From assembly GCA_013265495.1 (NCBI GenBank), contig MU058065.1, positions 3,327,003 through 3,391,002 of the forward strand: a stretch of 64,000 nucleotides of DNA, given 5' to 3'. Shown here piece by piece: positions 50,851-64,000 of the stretch. A model generated the notes under the pieces. The model was not told where the DNA came from and made no database searches. It worked only from the letters and a program-made list of their open reading frames with translations. The first letter of the stretch is position 1, and each line of letters opens with the position of its first letter. The stretch comes from Vicugna vicugna. Taxonomy: Eukaryota. The position numbers and the translations under genes are program-made.

Positions 50851-53800
50851 TTGAGAGCTGCTGTCATCTTGAGGACTGGCACCTGAGGAAGAGTCAGACC
50901 CTGCCAGCACAGTCACCTGTGGCTTATGGTTATGATTTTACAATGCTCTTTATTCATAAGCAGTTCAACTGTGGCTCCTTGGAAATTATATATTCACTCC
51001 TCCTCACCAGGGACATGATAAGGGCACATGATATGAACTCAGCCCAGCAAGGAGAGTGCTGGGGCTGGGCCTCAGGCACCAGGCGGTGGCCGGCACCACT
51101 GCGGGAGGCAGGAGGCCAGAGAGAGAGGGTGCCCTGGGTCAGGGTGCGGCCAGGAGGCCTCAGTTTCCCAGATCAACCCTCCGATGGCTGAGGCCCAACT
51201 CCCTGCAAGCGAACACAATGCCTCCCGGCCACCATGCCCACGGAGGCTCTGGCACCAAAGGGTGTGACTGGCGGAAGGAAAGGAATGGAAGTCAAGGCTG
51301 TTGTCTGCCCTGGGAAGGAGGGGCTGCAAAAGGTGCCTCTGGGGAAGCCCCAGGGCTGCACTGGTGAAAAGGGGAGGGAAGAGGAGAGATGACTGCCATT
51401 AGGTTAACAAGACCGGGTTTGTCTGGTAACTCTCAAGTTTCCAGAAAATTCCAGGGGCCACAATGAAGTGTGGCCTCTCTAGCTGTAAACTGGCAGAGCA
51501 CTTAACTGATAAAAAACAAACAAAAAAAACACTTTTCTTCCCTTTCCTGGCCTAGGGGACACTTCCTAATCCTCCAGAGCCATAGGAGAGCTGCTGAGGG
51601 GTGCAAGGCCGCTCACCCCTCCACCAGGTGCCCCTCAGGCAAGGACAGTCCCGTCAGGTCACATCCCCACCTTTCGTGGGATAAAGGCCAAGTTGACCCT
51701 CACTCCTCCTTTTCCACTTGGCTGCTTTGCAAAATAGGATAAGGGAGTTGGGTGTGGGCCTGGCCATGACCAGCCTGCAGGATCAGCAGCCCTTCCCTAC
51801 TCCCTTCCCCAAACGAAGTTACCAAAGCACTTCTCCTCCCTCCCAGGTCCCTGTAATGCCCCAGCCTTCCGGGGATGTAGCCAGTCTGGGACACATTTGG
51901 ACATAGTTGAGGGGGGACTCAAGAGACCACAGCTCAGAGAACTGGAAGGCAAGTGTTTGGGGAATCTGTGACATGTGTCTGCTGTGCAGATGAGGCTGTG
52001 ATAATAAATGGAGGCTTTGAAACCAAACAGGCCAAGTACATTTCTGAATAACTGGATGTGGGGACGGGGTGGTGGGGGGAACAGAATTTAGCCATTTGAG
52101 GCAAGATGGTGCAGCGGAAAGGAATGGATGGAGTTGGGAGATCGATGTGAACAGTACCTGTCCTGCTCACCGGATGTGTCCCCTTGGGTCAGTCACTTAA
52201 CCTCTCACCTGTGAAGTGGAGTTCTTGAATACAAAGCACCTGGCATGTAGAGGAGGCCCAGAAGCAGCTACTAGAATCATATCCATTCAAAAAGGCAGCT
52301 TTGCAAATAGAATCGACTGGTTAAACAATAAATAGATTGCTGTTAAGAAAGTCCCCCCCACCCCATGGCCTATTGATTAGCTCATTCTCTTTTGTTTGTT
52401 TGTATGTTTTTTTTTTTAAACAAATGAATGAGAGAATCTGGGACAAAGGGCAGTCCGGAAAGGTGCTATGTAAAGACCCCTAGGGACTGACTTGCCTGCA
52501 GGCAGCCCTCACCTCCCAGCCTGACCCCAGCTGAATTCACAGCAAAAGTGAACTCCTTGGTTTCTGGACTGGATGTGACTTGGCAAATGGTATGTGCTTT
52601 TCCTGATAAGACATTCAAAGCTATGATAAAACCAAAGGGAGAGAAGGACTAAGGGCATATCCGAACTCCGTATGAAATGTTTAATTTCTTTCTTTTTTTT
52701 TTTTTTTCTGCATCATCTTAGCAGATCCAAACTAACTTCATCCTTACAGATAACCCGCCTCCGGACTCCTGGAGTTTCAAACAATTTCATGCCTTGCTAA
52801 GCTTTAAAGTAATCACACATCCAAGAAAGAGATGAAGTAAGCAAAGCAGCTAGAAGTGGTACTTGGGGGGTTGCTGGTCTCTATCTGGGAGGATTACAGT
52901 TCTGCTCAATCAAAATAAAACAAAATCCAAACCCAAATCAAAACCCAACATTGCAGTCTTAGGGGGATGAGAACAGGGACGGTAGTTGGAGCGGGGTGGG
53001 CAGTTAGGGAAAAATGAGGCCACACATTCATCATTGAAAAAGCTGGGGGCACAGATTATTTTTCAGGTAAGATGGTGTAATGATGGAGATCCAAATCTGC
53101 TGAGTCCTGTTCTCAGGTTTGTTTTTTAATTTTTTAAACCTTACATTAAACGCCAAAACATTTCCTGATTGTGCTTTAAAACCCGAACCAATACAGTTTG
53201 CATAACAAACCCCTGAGAGACATTTACTTAATATTTAACTAAGGCTAAATTACAAGATTCTACTTCAGAGGAACTGGGCAGAATCTCTGACGCCTACTTC
53301 TATTTCATTCAATGCAAGTTAGCAAGGGTTACAATCTGGCCATTGTTGAATACTTTTCAAGACTCATTAATCTCAACCAAGGACCAACTTAATAAGCAGG
53401 GCAATCTCTTGAAGTGAACGGTGGTAGTGGTTTAGACAGAGGATTAGGAGATAATCACATTAAAAGTCATCTTCTAGCACTAAAATCGACCCCAGTCTAG
53501 GGGTTGTGAATTACAGGGACGAGGCAGGCTGCTCTCCTCCCCGCTCTTAGCAGGTCTCACATACTCCCGGTGACACAGCCAGATGGCAGCCTGCCCACAT
53601 CCAAAGAGACAGCACTGCGTGTTACCACAAGGCTGCTTCTTAACCAATTTATGGGGCTGTTTATAGAATAATACCCTAGGCTCTACTGCAGTTAGACCTT
53701 CGATTGTAGGTACAATTAAAATGTAAATTTTAGGTTTGCTTTGTGCTTGTAGTCATCAGCTAGCTAGCTTTCAGTGATCAATGCGAGATGCGGAATCCAC

Positions 53801-56800
53801 CATTTTCAACTCAAGCCCTCCAACATAAGTTAATTTGACTCAGAAGAGCAGGAACGAAGGGCCTGCCAAAAGGAATCTTCTGCTGTTACGACTTCCTTCT
53901 GGCCAGGATTTTGCTCGTACCAGAAAAATGGAATCTAGATTCACCGAGCAATTCAGCATCTCCTTTTAAAGCGTTCCTTTGATCGTGTGGAACACAAAAC
54001 AGCAGACCATCTAACAGTTTATTTAGCAGTGGATTTGATATGCATTTCAAACCTACTGTCGAATATTGAGGGGTTCACAACACAGACAAAATGTATAAAA
54101 CCACATTAGCATTCCATCTGCGAAAGAGATGACGTGCTTTTTTTTTTTTAATGTTCTCCTGCCCAGCATTTTCCCCTTGCCTTCTTACTCCATGTCATAG
54201 ATGGATCTCTTAAGCGTCCCACAGTGAACACAGAAAGAGTCCTGACCATGTGATATGCCTCCAGGGATTCTCTAGCAGGTGTCCTTTCATTTTGAAGACA
54301 GGGATGCCTGGGGCCAGAATCTTGAGGTGCCTTGAGCAAGGTTTTACTGCTGGGATCATAGTCCAAGTCTCTTGATATTTCAACTGTGCCCACGGCTCTG
54401 TGCCTCAATTAATTGTCTACCCCCACCTCCAACACAGCTGCTTGGACCAAATACAGTCAGCGTTGCACTGGCCACGGAAGGGTGGAGTTGTGCTACACGA
54501 TGTGCTGGGTCACAGTGTCTTGGAGCTCTGAACTAGAAGAGCTAGGAAGTTACTAGCTGGCAACAGGAGCTGGAGAAGCAGGTAAGTGGAGTCACTGCTT
54601 AATTGCAACAGAAACAAGCTTTTTACTGGCATCAGCTCCTGTGAGGTTTTGGTTTCTATGGGATTCCTCATAACCTCACAACAAATCCCACCTTTTCTGA
54701 GCGATGCTGAGTGGGTCTCTATTTCTAGACACCAACAAACCCACTATAAACATCAGCCTGGTGTTCCTTTTGTGGTATTTCAGGACCAGGAACCTCTGAC
54801 CAAACCTCAAAGCTGCTGATGGAGGTGGAAGCAATGCCCCTACACGTACACTCCTTGACGCCATTCAGGGAAATCATCCAAAGCCGAGTTAAAGTGGATG
54901 GAGGGAACTTAAAAAAAAAAGGGCCATGAATTATTAGAAGAGAAATTAACTCTGCCTGGAGACTCCCAGAAGTGACCAGGGCCTTCAATACAATCAGAAA
55001 AACTGTAAGAACGCTTTGGATAGGATGACAATTACTTAAAAATAGCCACACATGGGTTAGAATGGTGGGGACTCTATCTTTCGGTGTTAAGGAAAAGAAG
55101 TGTTTACAAATGGACAAAAAAAGGCAAGGGGAAACTCATAAGGACAAATTTTAACTCTATCGGAGTCCAGGCAGCAAAAATCAGGTTTTCTAAGGACTGG
55201 TTGCCCCTGAGTAAGCTATTTTATGGCCAGAGAAACTATAGGCCAGAAAGATTAAGTGCCTGAGGACAGGAGTCCCAAATTCAAATGACTTAAAGAGGCC
55301 ATGGAGGTCACAAAAAGTAAGACAACAGGAAGTGGTAAGGTCTGTACTTAAATAAAGTGAACACCCCATATAAAAGCACTGAAATTCAATTTTAAAGGAT
55401 TTCTTAGGTCACTGTTGATACCATAAATTTGTCTACTGTTCCTCAAAATCTTGAACTTCTAAAAAATCTTTTTATAATATATAAAGACACATTGCCCTTG
55501 AGACAAGGAAAATCAATAGTTCAACACCATTTTATGTTAACAACTGATGAAAATCAATTTAAAAAAATGAAAGCCCCTTTAAAATATTCTCCAAAGGCAG
55601 ACAATTCACAAAAGAGCTAACACAAATGGCTGATAAAAGTCTGAAAAATATTTTTATCTTCACTAAAAATATGAGATGAAAATTAACTGAGATACCATTT
55701 TTCATTGGTTTAATCAGCAATGGTTAAAAAATGAGGAGACACAAAGTTTAGGAGGAAGAGTCAAAATACTCACACAGCTGATGGGGGGTACTGATAGCAA
55801 ACAGTATTTCTAGGGGAATAATTTAGCAACATGCATCACTATCCTTAACGATTCTACCAATCTTATGTGTCCGAAGGTTTCCTCTCTTAGGAATAAGTCT
55901 ATGATGTCCTAGCAAATAATGTCATTTCGTTTTAGTTTGGTCAAGTCAAAGTTTAAAGACAAATTCATGATTCAACTTTAGACTAGGCCTTCATCTCCAA
56001 TCTATCTGTATTCCTCCTATTTTGATTTTAGCTACATTTCCTATTTTTTTTTGAGTCTCATCTTGAATGCCATGCAGTATCTATGAAAAGAGGCAAGATA
56101 TAAATATCATAAGAATAGAGAAAATGAGGGTTCCATGGATCACTTGTGGTACCAACATTTGCATTGCTATTTTACAAGACAGAGAATAACTTCATTTAGC
56201 AAAAAGTGAGATTTTGCCTAATGGTACGAAGCTGAACGTCATGCAGTTTCAATGAAATTGCCTCTAACCTTTTTAAGACATAAGCAATATTCTTTTAAAG
56301 CTTTTCTTTTCTTTTTTGGAGGGGCTGTCATCACACCAAAATGGAAGCCAAGTGATCAGATAATTACTCAGTTGGACAATGACTCCTTCGGAAGCACCAT
56401 CTGCAACATCTCTTTAAGAGTATCTACTTGATAACCCATTCATGGCTTTTTTTTCCCCAGTGTCAAAGATTCTGTTGAGTCCAATGGCAGGGTAAAAACC
56501 TTGATAAGTGACAGAGGAAGAAAATACCTCATGGATGTTTTTCAGCTAACTTAACAAAAGCTTACCTATGTTTTCTGTGATAAAATACCTTTGACTTGTC
56601 AAGAAAGGTTTACAGAAGACACTTAAGCAGTAGATAGAGTGAATAAATACCATTCAGGCAAATCTGAAACACAATCAATCATATAGCAAATGTGCAATGG
56701 AAGAGAACCTTGGGAAAGTTGTTTTAATGCCTAAAGCCTCGGTTTTAACATCTCTTAAAAAAAAAAATGACAGTGAAATGCCATTCAAGTCCTTAGCTGT

Positions 56801-56859
56801 GTTCTAAGAAACAACGATAGTGGCCTTCTCTAGCACAGGAGGCCTTAGGGGACAGGATC

Positions 56860-57040
56860 AAGTCCACTTAACCCAATGTGACCCTTTCTACATGTCAGTT
56901 TCCTGATCTGTAAAATGGGCTGGAAATTATCACTTCTCAGGATTGCTGGCAGGATTAAATGAGATTAAACTATGTAAAGCAATATTACTGTGAGTGGCAT
57001 ATATACTGAGGGCTCAACATATAATATGCCTTATTATTAT
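56860..57040 (+). mobile_element. MIR
   Basis: 'tcagtttcctgatctgtaaaatggg...ggattaaatgagat...tgtaaagc'. Confidence 0.75.
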
Positions 57041-57981
57041 TTGAAGTATTATTATCCCAATCTATAAAATGATGAAAATGATACTAACCCATTGTTATGA
57101 AGATCCAATAAAAAAAAATGATCATAGATGCCAATAAAAGATGTACAACAGGTCAGAGGAACAATTATGATTGTGATGAGAAAGTGGTTAGTGTAACCAT
57201 AAACTCTGCCAAGCTACTTCAGGCAGTATGACTCACCCCTAATATGACAAATTATTTTTAAAAGCAATAAAACCTGTTGAAATTTCATCCAATGACAACT
57301 GTCAAATTAATATAAAATTTGACGAGAGGTCTGGCATTCTTGAACACAGTTGCCTGCCAAAGAATTTTGGGTGAGATAAGATGTTTAAAGTTAGGCGACT
57401 TTAAGCTCTACCCCTTATATAATTATATAAGTAGTAAATTATATATAAGTATAAGAAATAACATCTCTTTATCCTCGCCTCTTGAAGAGGCAGCCACTAA
57501 TTTGGGGATATCCCTTACAGGAGAGAGGCTACCTCAGCAGGAAGCTGCTTACCCAAAAGAATCTCACCCATCTCCACCCCTCCTTCCCTCCCGACTCCCA
57601 ACACCATCAGGAATTTTCCTTCCCTTCCCCCACCTTCAACACTGGAGCCAGCCAAGCCTCTCCCACTATTATCTCAGCAGCAGGGCACAGAGCAACCACC
57701 TTCCCACCTCTCAACCCAGCAGCCCCCCCACCTCTCTCAATCCCCCAACCCCTCTACCCGCCCAACCCAACTCCCAAGCTCAACCTCCAACTCTCTCTAC
57801 CCACCCCCAAACTCTACACCCGCCTCTCTAACCTCTACCTCTCCTCTCTCTCAACAGCTACCTGTCCCCTGCCCCACCTCTACCCTCTAACCTTCTCTCT
57901 TCTCCCCTCCATTCTTGGAACCACACTGCTGCACCGATACAGAGCATGGGTACCTTGTGGACCTGGCCATTCACCCATGTG

Positions 57982-58083
57982 GGGTTTGTTTGTTTGTTTG
58001 TGTTTAGAGGAGGTACTGGGGATTGAACCCAGGACCTTGTGCATGCTAAGTGTGCACTCTACTGCTTGAGCTATACCCTCCCC
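57982..58083 (-). mobile_element. Vic-1-like SINE, short form
   Basis: 'ggaggtactggggattgaacccaggacc...gagctataccctcccc'; TSD-like attc(a/g)cccat flanks. Confidence 0.88.
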
Positions 58084-58940
58084 AACAATTCGCCCATTTT
58101 AAAAAGTAAGTAACAGGTCGCTAAAGCTCAGGACAAATTGCCTGCTCAGAGGTTGCTCCTTCCTCTCTCAGGGAAAGATTTTATTTGCCTACTCTCTGAC
58201 AAAAGATTGGTAATTTTACCTCAAATGGCAAATCCTTTGAGTGCTTTGAAATGAGGACCCCAAAGTGAAAAACAACAACCCATAATGACAGTCAGAGTCT
58301 TCTAACCACTGCCTCCCACTGGGTCTAAAGATCTTCCCGGCCCCTCAGGAAACATTTCCTACCCTCAGTGGGCAAGATAGTTGGCCTTGAGCTGACCATA
58401 CACAGTATAAGATAGTCCCAGGTTATTAAAAGGATTTTGTACCATTTGCCCCACTCAACCGCCAAAGTTGGATTTTTTTTTCCCCTAATCTCAGAAAACA
58501 AGTGACAGGAAAAGAAACTCAAGCATCATGGGTCTTGGGTGGATTTTCACATCTTAAGACTGGAAGGAGCGCTGCTCTCTGTTCCCTCTCTCTCCTTCCC
58601 TGACCCCAGATGCTCCGGTGGACGGCACCGCCGAGCTCTGCAGGAACGGAGGCCGCTTCAGGTAAGAGAGGAACAACTGCACTGACGTTCGTCTTGTGCA
58701 AGATGCACATGCTTTTGCAGATTGTCGGAGCTCACTTTTAGACAGAAGCTAGATTTCTGAATTCATGGCCAAATAATCCTAGCTATAAGCCCTCAGGACT
58801 TAGCTGATCTTCAGGCTAGAGGCTTCAAACCAGGCCTCGGGGATTTGGACTTCAAGCATTCTTTGTTCAGTTGGCATATAAAGCGTTTAGAGTATAAGCC
58901 TACATTTAAAAACTGGGAGATTTCACGTGGAAAATAGATC

Positions 58941-59020
58941 TGTATAACTGATTCACTATGCTATACATCAGAAATTATCACAACGTTGTAAATAAACCGA
59001 CTATACTTCTATTAAAAAAA
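58941..59020 (+). mobile_element. Very short young L1 3' terminus
   Basis: 'tataactgattcactatgctatacatcagaaatt...actatacttctattaaaaaaa'. Confidence 0.75.
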
Positions 59021-60256
59021 GAAACAGATGTGATGACTCTGGCCCATTTTTCCTCACATGGTCACAGGTGGAGGCGAGGCGCAGAGCCCCAGGTGCCCCT
59101 CTGCCCTCACCCGCCTTCTGACCCTTCGCAGCACTTCACAGTTTATTTCTCTCCCCTGCCTCTGGGGACATTTACGCTCACAACTGCTGATCGAGGCCCC
59201 TCTCACGTGTCCTACAAATGAGAAGAATGAAGGCCCAGTGGTGCAGCCACAGCTCCTCTGGGCAGAGCTGCACAAGAACCCCGATCCTTTTATACGCAAC
59301 CAACTGCCTCTGAAGCTCTGTTTTCAGGATGGAATCTTGAGTGAAAGAAACAGCCCTGCTGGCAGCCTTGTCCCTGAAGCCCCTCTCCAGGCTCAACAAT
59401 CTTTGACCTTAGAACTGGTCAATCTTTAAGACTCCTCAGCCCTCCTGGGCTCGTCACCACGCATCACCACGCTCATAGTCCCCTGCGAGCCCTCCCAAAC
59501 ACCAGGCCTAAGCTTCACGCACACAGCCTGCACGTCTTCACGATGATTCTGGGAGATGCAGGTTCTTAACACCATTTTACAGATGAGGACGGTGTGGCTC
59601 AGGCGGGGCCCACAGACAGGCGCAGTGGCTGAGCTGCACTTGAACCCAGGCCTGTCTGATCCCAGGGCCGGTAAGCTGGCAGCCTGCCTTGCTGCCTTGC
59701 AAATATCCACCATCTCCCCCAATTAAAAAAAAAAAAAATCCAGAACTTACTTGATCCAGAACAAAGGTAAATGATAGGATTCCAAACAAAACATCCAAGG
59801 GGCTCCACCCGTCTCCCTGGAACTGTCCCTGGGGTTTTGTGTCTGCGCCAGCTGCCCTACCACCCTAGAAGCCCCCTCGAGGAAGCCGTCCTGCCTTTTA
59901 TGCATTTCTGTCTCCAACGCATACAGAGGAGTCACTTAATACTACTTGGAATCATTAGTCCACAGCTTCTAGTTTCAGTTTGTGATCAAATTTTACCAAA
60001 AGGGTCCTCCTGGTAGGATGCATTTTACGCACCTTCAAGGGTTCTCAGAAAGGTCCTTTCTCTGCGTATCCTATCTTCCCCCTCCTTATGTTCACCTATA
60101 GCTTTTTAATATTTCCTTTTATTTTTCCAAAGTAAACCAGGTAAAATTTCAACTCTAAAGTGATTTTTTTTAAAGGAAGCATATATGCAGAGTACCTGAA
60201 TATCAAAGCAGGTAGCTGTTGTAGAAGTAGTAATGATTTGTAATAGCAATACTTAC

Positions 60257-60415
60257 AACCCATACGATGACCAGTCTTTTGGATAAATAAGTATCAATAT
60301 TCCAGTGAGTGAACGGAAGAAATGTGATGTAGAACACTTCTTGACCCATAGCGGCTGAAAATCTGAACAGATAATAGTAGAAATAATTCTTCACAACGTA
60401 CTTCTGTACATAAGC
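60257..60415 (-). CDS. SGPP2: SGPP2 exon 2 (159 nt, 53 aa)
   Basis: tctAG|GCTTAT...TGGGTT|GTAAGT; translates AYVQKYVVKNYFYYYLFRFSAAMGQEVFYITFLPFTHWNIDTYLSKRLVIVWV, recognisable as SGPP2. Confidence 0.96.
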
Positions 60416-60755
60416 CTAGAAGACAAAAGTTAGAGGACCCTGTAAGTTCATTGAACAGGTCACTACAAGGCAAGTTTTACAAACCTCTACCTACAACTCA
60501 TGAGGTTTCAATGGCCAAGGCTGCCTCCTCTCCCCTTACATAGTTACAGTATCATTATCGTCAGTATACACCGTTATTGAACATCTATCAACCCCAAAGT
60601 TTCCACACAAACATAGATGATGCCAGTGCTTCATAAAATTAAATCAGTAACATCCAAGACAGAAATACCAGGGGAAGACACAAAAGAGCCAAAACCTTTC
60701 TCCTGTGCCCACAGAAGGCTAGAAACTGCAGGGAAGTGAGCTCTGTTAGACACTG

Positions 60756-61420
60756 TGTGGTAGGCAGAAGAATGTCGGCAGAAGATTGTCCCCAAAGATG
60801 TCCACAACTCAATCCTTAGAACCTGCAAATATACTTCCTCACAAAAAGGGACTTTTGCAGATGTAATTAATGATTTCAAGATCAAGAGGTTATCCTGGAT
60901 GAGGTGGGTGAGTTCACTGTGATGACAAAGATCTTGAAAAATCTGTACACCTGAAACTATGTTGTAAACCAACGACACTTCAATTTTAAAAAAAAATGAT
61001 TGATAGCTTGGTGGCCTTTACATGAGTATGCATATTTATCAAAGGTCATTAAACCATACATTTAAATGTGTGCATTTTATTGGATGTCAATTACACCTCA
61101 AATACAGTGGATTTGAAAATACATATATGGAGGCGGAAGTGTCGAGAGTCAGAAAGCGATTTGAAGACGCTCCACTGTTGGCTTTGAGGATGGAGGAAGG
61201 AGCCACGGATCACAGAATGCAGGCAGCCCCTAGAAACGGGGAAAAGTGAGGGAAAGCATTCTCCCCTTGAGGCTCCGGAAGGAACGCAGGTCTGCTGATG
61301 CCTTGATTTTAGCCAAATAAGAACTGTTTCAGACTTCTGGCCTCCACATATTCTGTATCCACAGAATAAATTTGTGTCGTTTTAAGCCCCTGCGTTTCTG
61401 GTGATTTGTAAGAGATAACT
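60756..61420 (+). mobile_element. MLT1 (MaLR) solo LTR with nested short L1 3' fragments (about 60941-61115)
   Basis: 'tgtggtaggcagaa...ccccaaagatgtccac...gggacttttgcagatgtaatt' and 'gacttctggcctcca...aataaatttgtgtcgttttaagcc'. Confidence 0.85.
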
Positions 61421-61682
61421 GATCTGAAGCCTTCAGAAAAATCACTTGTTGATGAACATTTGCAATTTACCTTTTTAGTGGGATTAGTCAAGCCAACCGA
61501 CTGCAGTGATGGTGTAAGAAACACAGCAAGTACACACAGGGCCTGCTAAAATGCACTCCCATTCTGTCATCCTCTTCCACCTTCTTATTCTGTTTAGTAG
61601 GCAGGCAGCAAGAAAACCAAGAAAGACTGAAGGGAGTCAAAACAGGCCTAAGCAGACAATCTATTTAAAAATATGATTTAAA

Positions 61683-61799
61683 GGGAGGAGGGTATAGCTC
61701 AGTGGTAGAGCGCATGCTTAGCATGCATGAGGTCCTGGGTTCAGCCCCCAGTACCACTATTTAAATATATAAATAAATAAATCTAATTACCCCCCCACA

Positions 61800-61832
<33 letters not shown>

Positions 61833-61834
61833 CG
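61683..61834 (+). mobile_element. Vic-1-like SINE, long form, (AAC)n tail, 13-bp TSD
   Basis: GGGTATAGCTCAGTGGTAGAGCGCATGCTTAGCATGC...; TSD aaaatatg(a/g)ttta. Confidence 0.92.
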
Positions 61835-64000
61835 AAAATATGGTTTATGTCCTTCAATCATGACATAATAGTAATGAGTGAAAAACAAAAACACTGTCAT
61901 CCTGCTAAATAAATCTAAAACGTAGAGTTTTAATGCTACTGATGGTAGCCATAACCTTTATAAAGATAAAGTCAAAGTAAAACACCAACATGGAAAATGG
62001 GGAGGAAAAAAGGCAGCCCCATGACACAGGACGCTACATGCAGGCTCCTGTAGGTCTGGATTTCTGTTTTGTTTTACACAAAGTCTGAGGTCCTTGAGTC
62101 CTCGGCGAATTCAGAGAATAAGTTAAATGTGTTTGGCAAATATTCGTTCTGTGCCGAGGATGACTCAGTCCATGCTGGGTGCCAAGAATATTCAGATGAG
62201 CGAGGCCTGATGCCTGGAGGTGGTAAGTGGGTACCAAAAAGTATAAATTGAGGGAATTCATTTTTAAAGGACCAACATTGTCTTGGAAGCCTTGAAAAAG
62301 GCCAAGTGCTTTTTATACTTAAGCGGAAAAAAAAATGACCTTGGAAATTGCAGGAATATTAACTGTATTTGACACTGCTGGCTGCCTACCAAGTACACAT
62401 TGCTTTCTTTCTCTTCTGTAAGGGGTTCCCGATTTTATGATTTTATTCCAGCATCTCCACCTCCCCTACAAGGCCTGTGACCCAGGGGAGGCTGACACTG
62501 CCCTTGGCTCCAGAGTAACATCTGGATTCATGGGTGAGCTAGAAGTTCATCTCTCTTCCAGGATAAACTTTACTTCTGAGTGAATTCAGAGGAGAGAGAA
62601 TGGCAATAGATCTGTCCTAAAAAGACAATGTTGCACAAAATGAATTAAATAAGGAATGTGTACTTCCACCTCTCTGCCAAGGTATTATACTATGGTTGGA
62701 TTTGCAAAACAAGGTCAAGGCACTGTGATGAATGAATTAGTGACCAACCCCTCCCTCCCTCCTTCTCCCTGTCTCTCATAATCGAACCCGAGGACTAATC
62801 TCTGCACGTTCTGTTTTACAAATGTACATCCAACAGGCCCGACCTTGGGGCAAACCCTGTGAAGACACCTTTTTTATGTAAAGATGGGTTATTATAATAC
62901 ACCAGTTACCAGGAACACCTGGTAATCTCTCCTGCTTTGAAGCTTTATGAGAAATACTTTTGCCAAACTTTGACAAGGCTCAGCCCCTCCCTCATGTCAT
63001 TTCATGGTACTCAAGTGTTATATGACATTATAAAGCCTCAGTGACAACCATTTCCCTACCCTAGAGATCTAACTGAAACCAAGTTCAATATCTTCATCCT
63101 AGTAAATAATTGAAAAGACTGTTAAAGATGACAGCAAACTGCTTTAGTGTTACTTATTGCTAATTAATATCTTTAGACATGCTTTTTATAATCTTTTTTT
63201 TTGAGTGGAGAGCTAAATATTCTCTAAATCTTCTTAGAGACAAAAAGCAAAGATGAAATTAAAAATATCAGCACATATATAGGCTTGCCAAAGGATTTTT
63301 TTTAAGATAACATGTCTGTATATGTAATTAAATAGCTTGAGAGCCAATACTTCTGCCAAATCCTTAGGAATTATATGTACCCAAATAAAGCAGTTAAGTA
63401 CTTGTCTTTTCAGAATAAGAATCTAGGTTTCCCTTTAGGAAATCTCAGTGTGTATTATTTCAATATATTTTTGGCAATAACAAGAATTTCAGCTCCAGTG
63501 CAAGTATTGGTCCCACCGGGAATAATTCGAGGGAGAAGAAACTGGGGTTAAAAATAGCAATGGTAGGTAAAGTGAATGGCAGATAAGTGATAAAGCTGAA
63601 AGACAGGGAATCAAGACCCAGAACAAAGCACCTACGTTCTATAGAATCGGCCACTCACAAGGGGTCGAGAGCCCAGGCAGTGGGGCTGTGTTTCTGGGGC
63701 ATGGACTCAGAAGGCAGTGGTTAGCAGCTGATTTTTTTCAACAAAGGACCAGGAAAGCACTGAATATTCAGATGGGTGGAGCGCTCGTTTTAGAATTAAA
63801 ATACTTCTTAGTAAGTCAGTCATCTGTCGCAAAGCCAAACAGGATGTTTCCAGTAAACGAGATGATAAGATGGAAATTACCCACAGAACCCATAGAGTTA
63901 ATACTAACTGCAAAGTGTCACTGATACCCTCATTTGTATATTTTATTTACTGGTTTATTTTCCTGAAAGTTGAAAACAAAATGTTCTCCCAAGTAGGGGG

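Noticed and set aside
57319..57410. Kinase-like words RGLAFL and LKLGDF at the start of ORF 57319
   Set aside because: No HRD motif, wrong spacing, no DFG glycine and an upstream stop; most likely chance (a tblastn search would settle it).
57319..58069. Two long Pro-rich ORFs
   Set aside because: They arise from the low-complexity C-rich tract and a SINE, antisense to SGPP2.

Overview
Mammalian genomic DNA, most likely a camelid (inferred from nine copies of a Vic-1-like tRNA-Ala-derived SINE). The whole window lies inside the SGPP2 gene (sphingosine-1-phosphate phosphatase 2, PAP2 superfamily) on the minus strand. It contains exons 2-5 (159, 180, 90 nt and 552 coding nt, all phase 0, GT-AG), part of the 3' UTR and part of intron 1; exon 1 lies beyond the right edge. 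The introns are filled with L1, L2, MIR, MER5, LTR and SINE remnants. No prokaryotic-type system is present. The most notable unexplained structures are: a partial duplicate of exon 3 with an intact acceptor and an in-frame TGA (candidate poison exon); an open 99-nt phase-0 cassette-exon candidate that would split the catalytic SRxxxxxHxxxD motif; a cluster of AP-1 sites around exon 4; a local inverted duplication inside an old L1; and a twin-primed L1 insertion. Repeat family names come from recalled consensus features, not from a search, and repeat boundaries are approximate.
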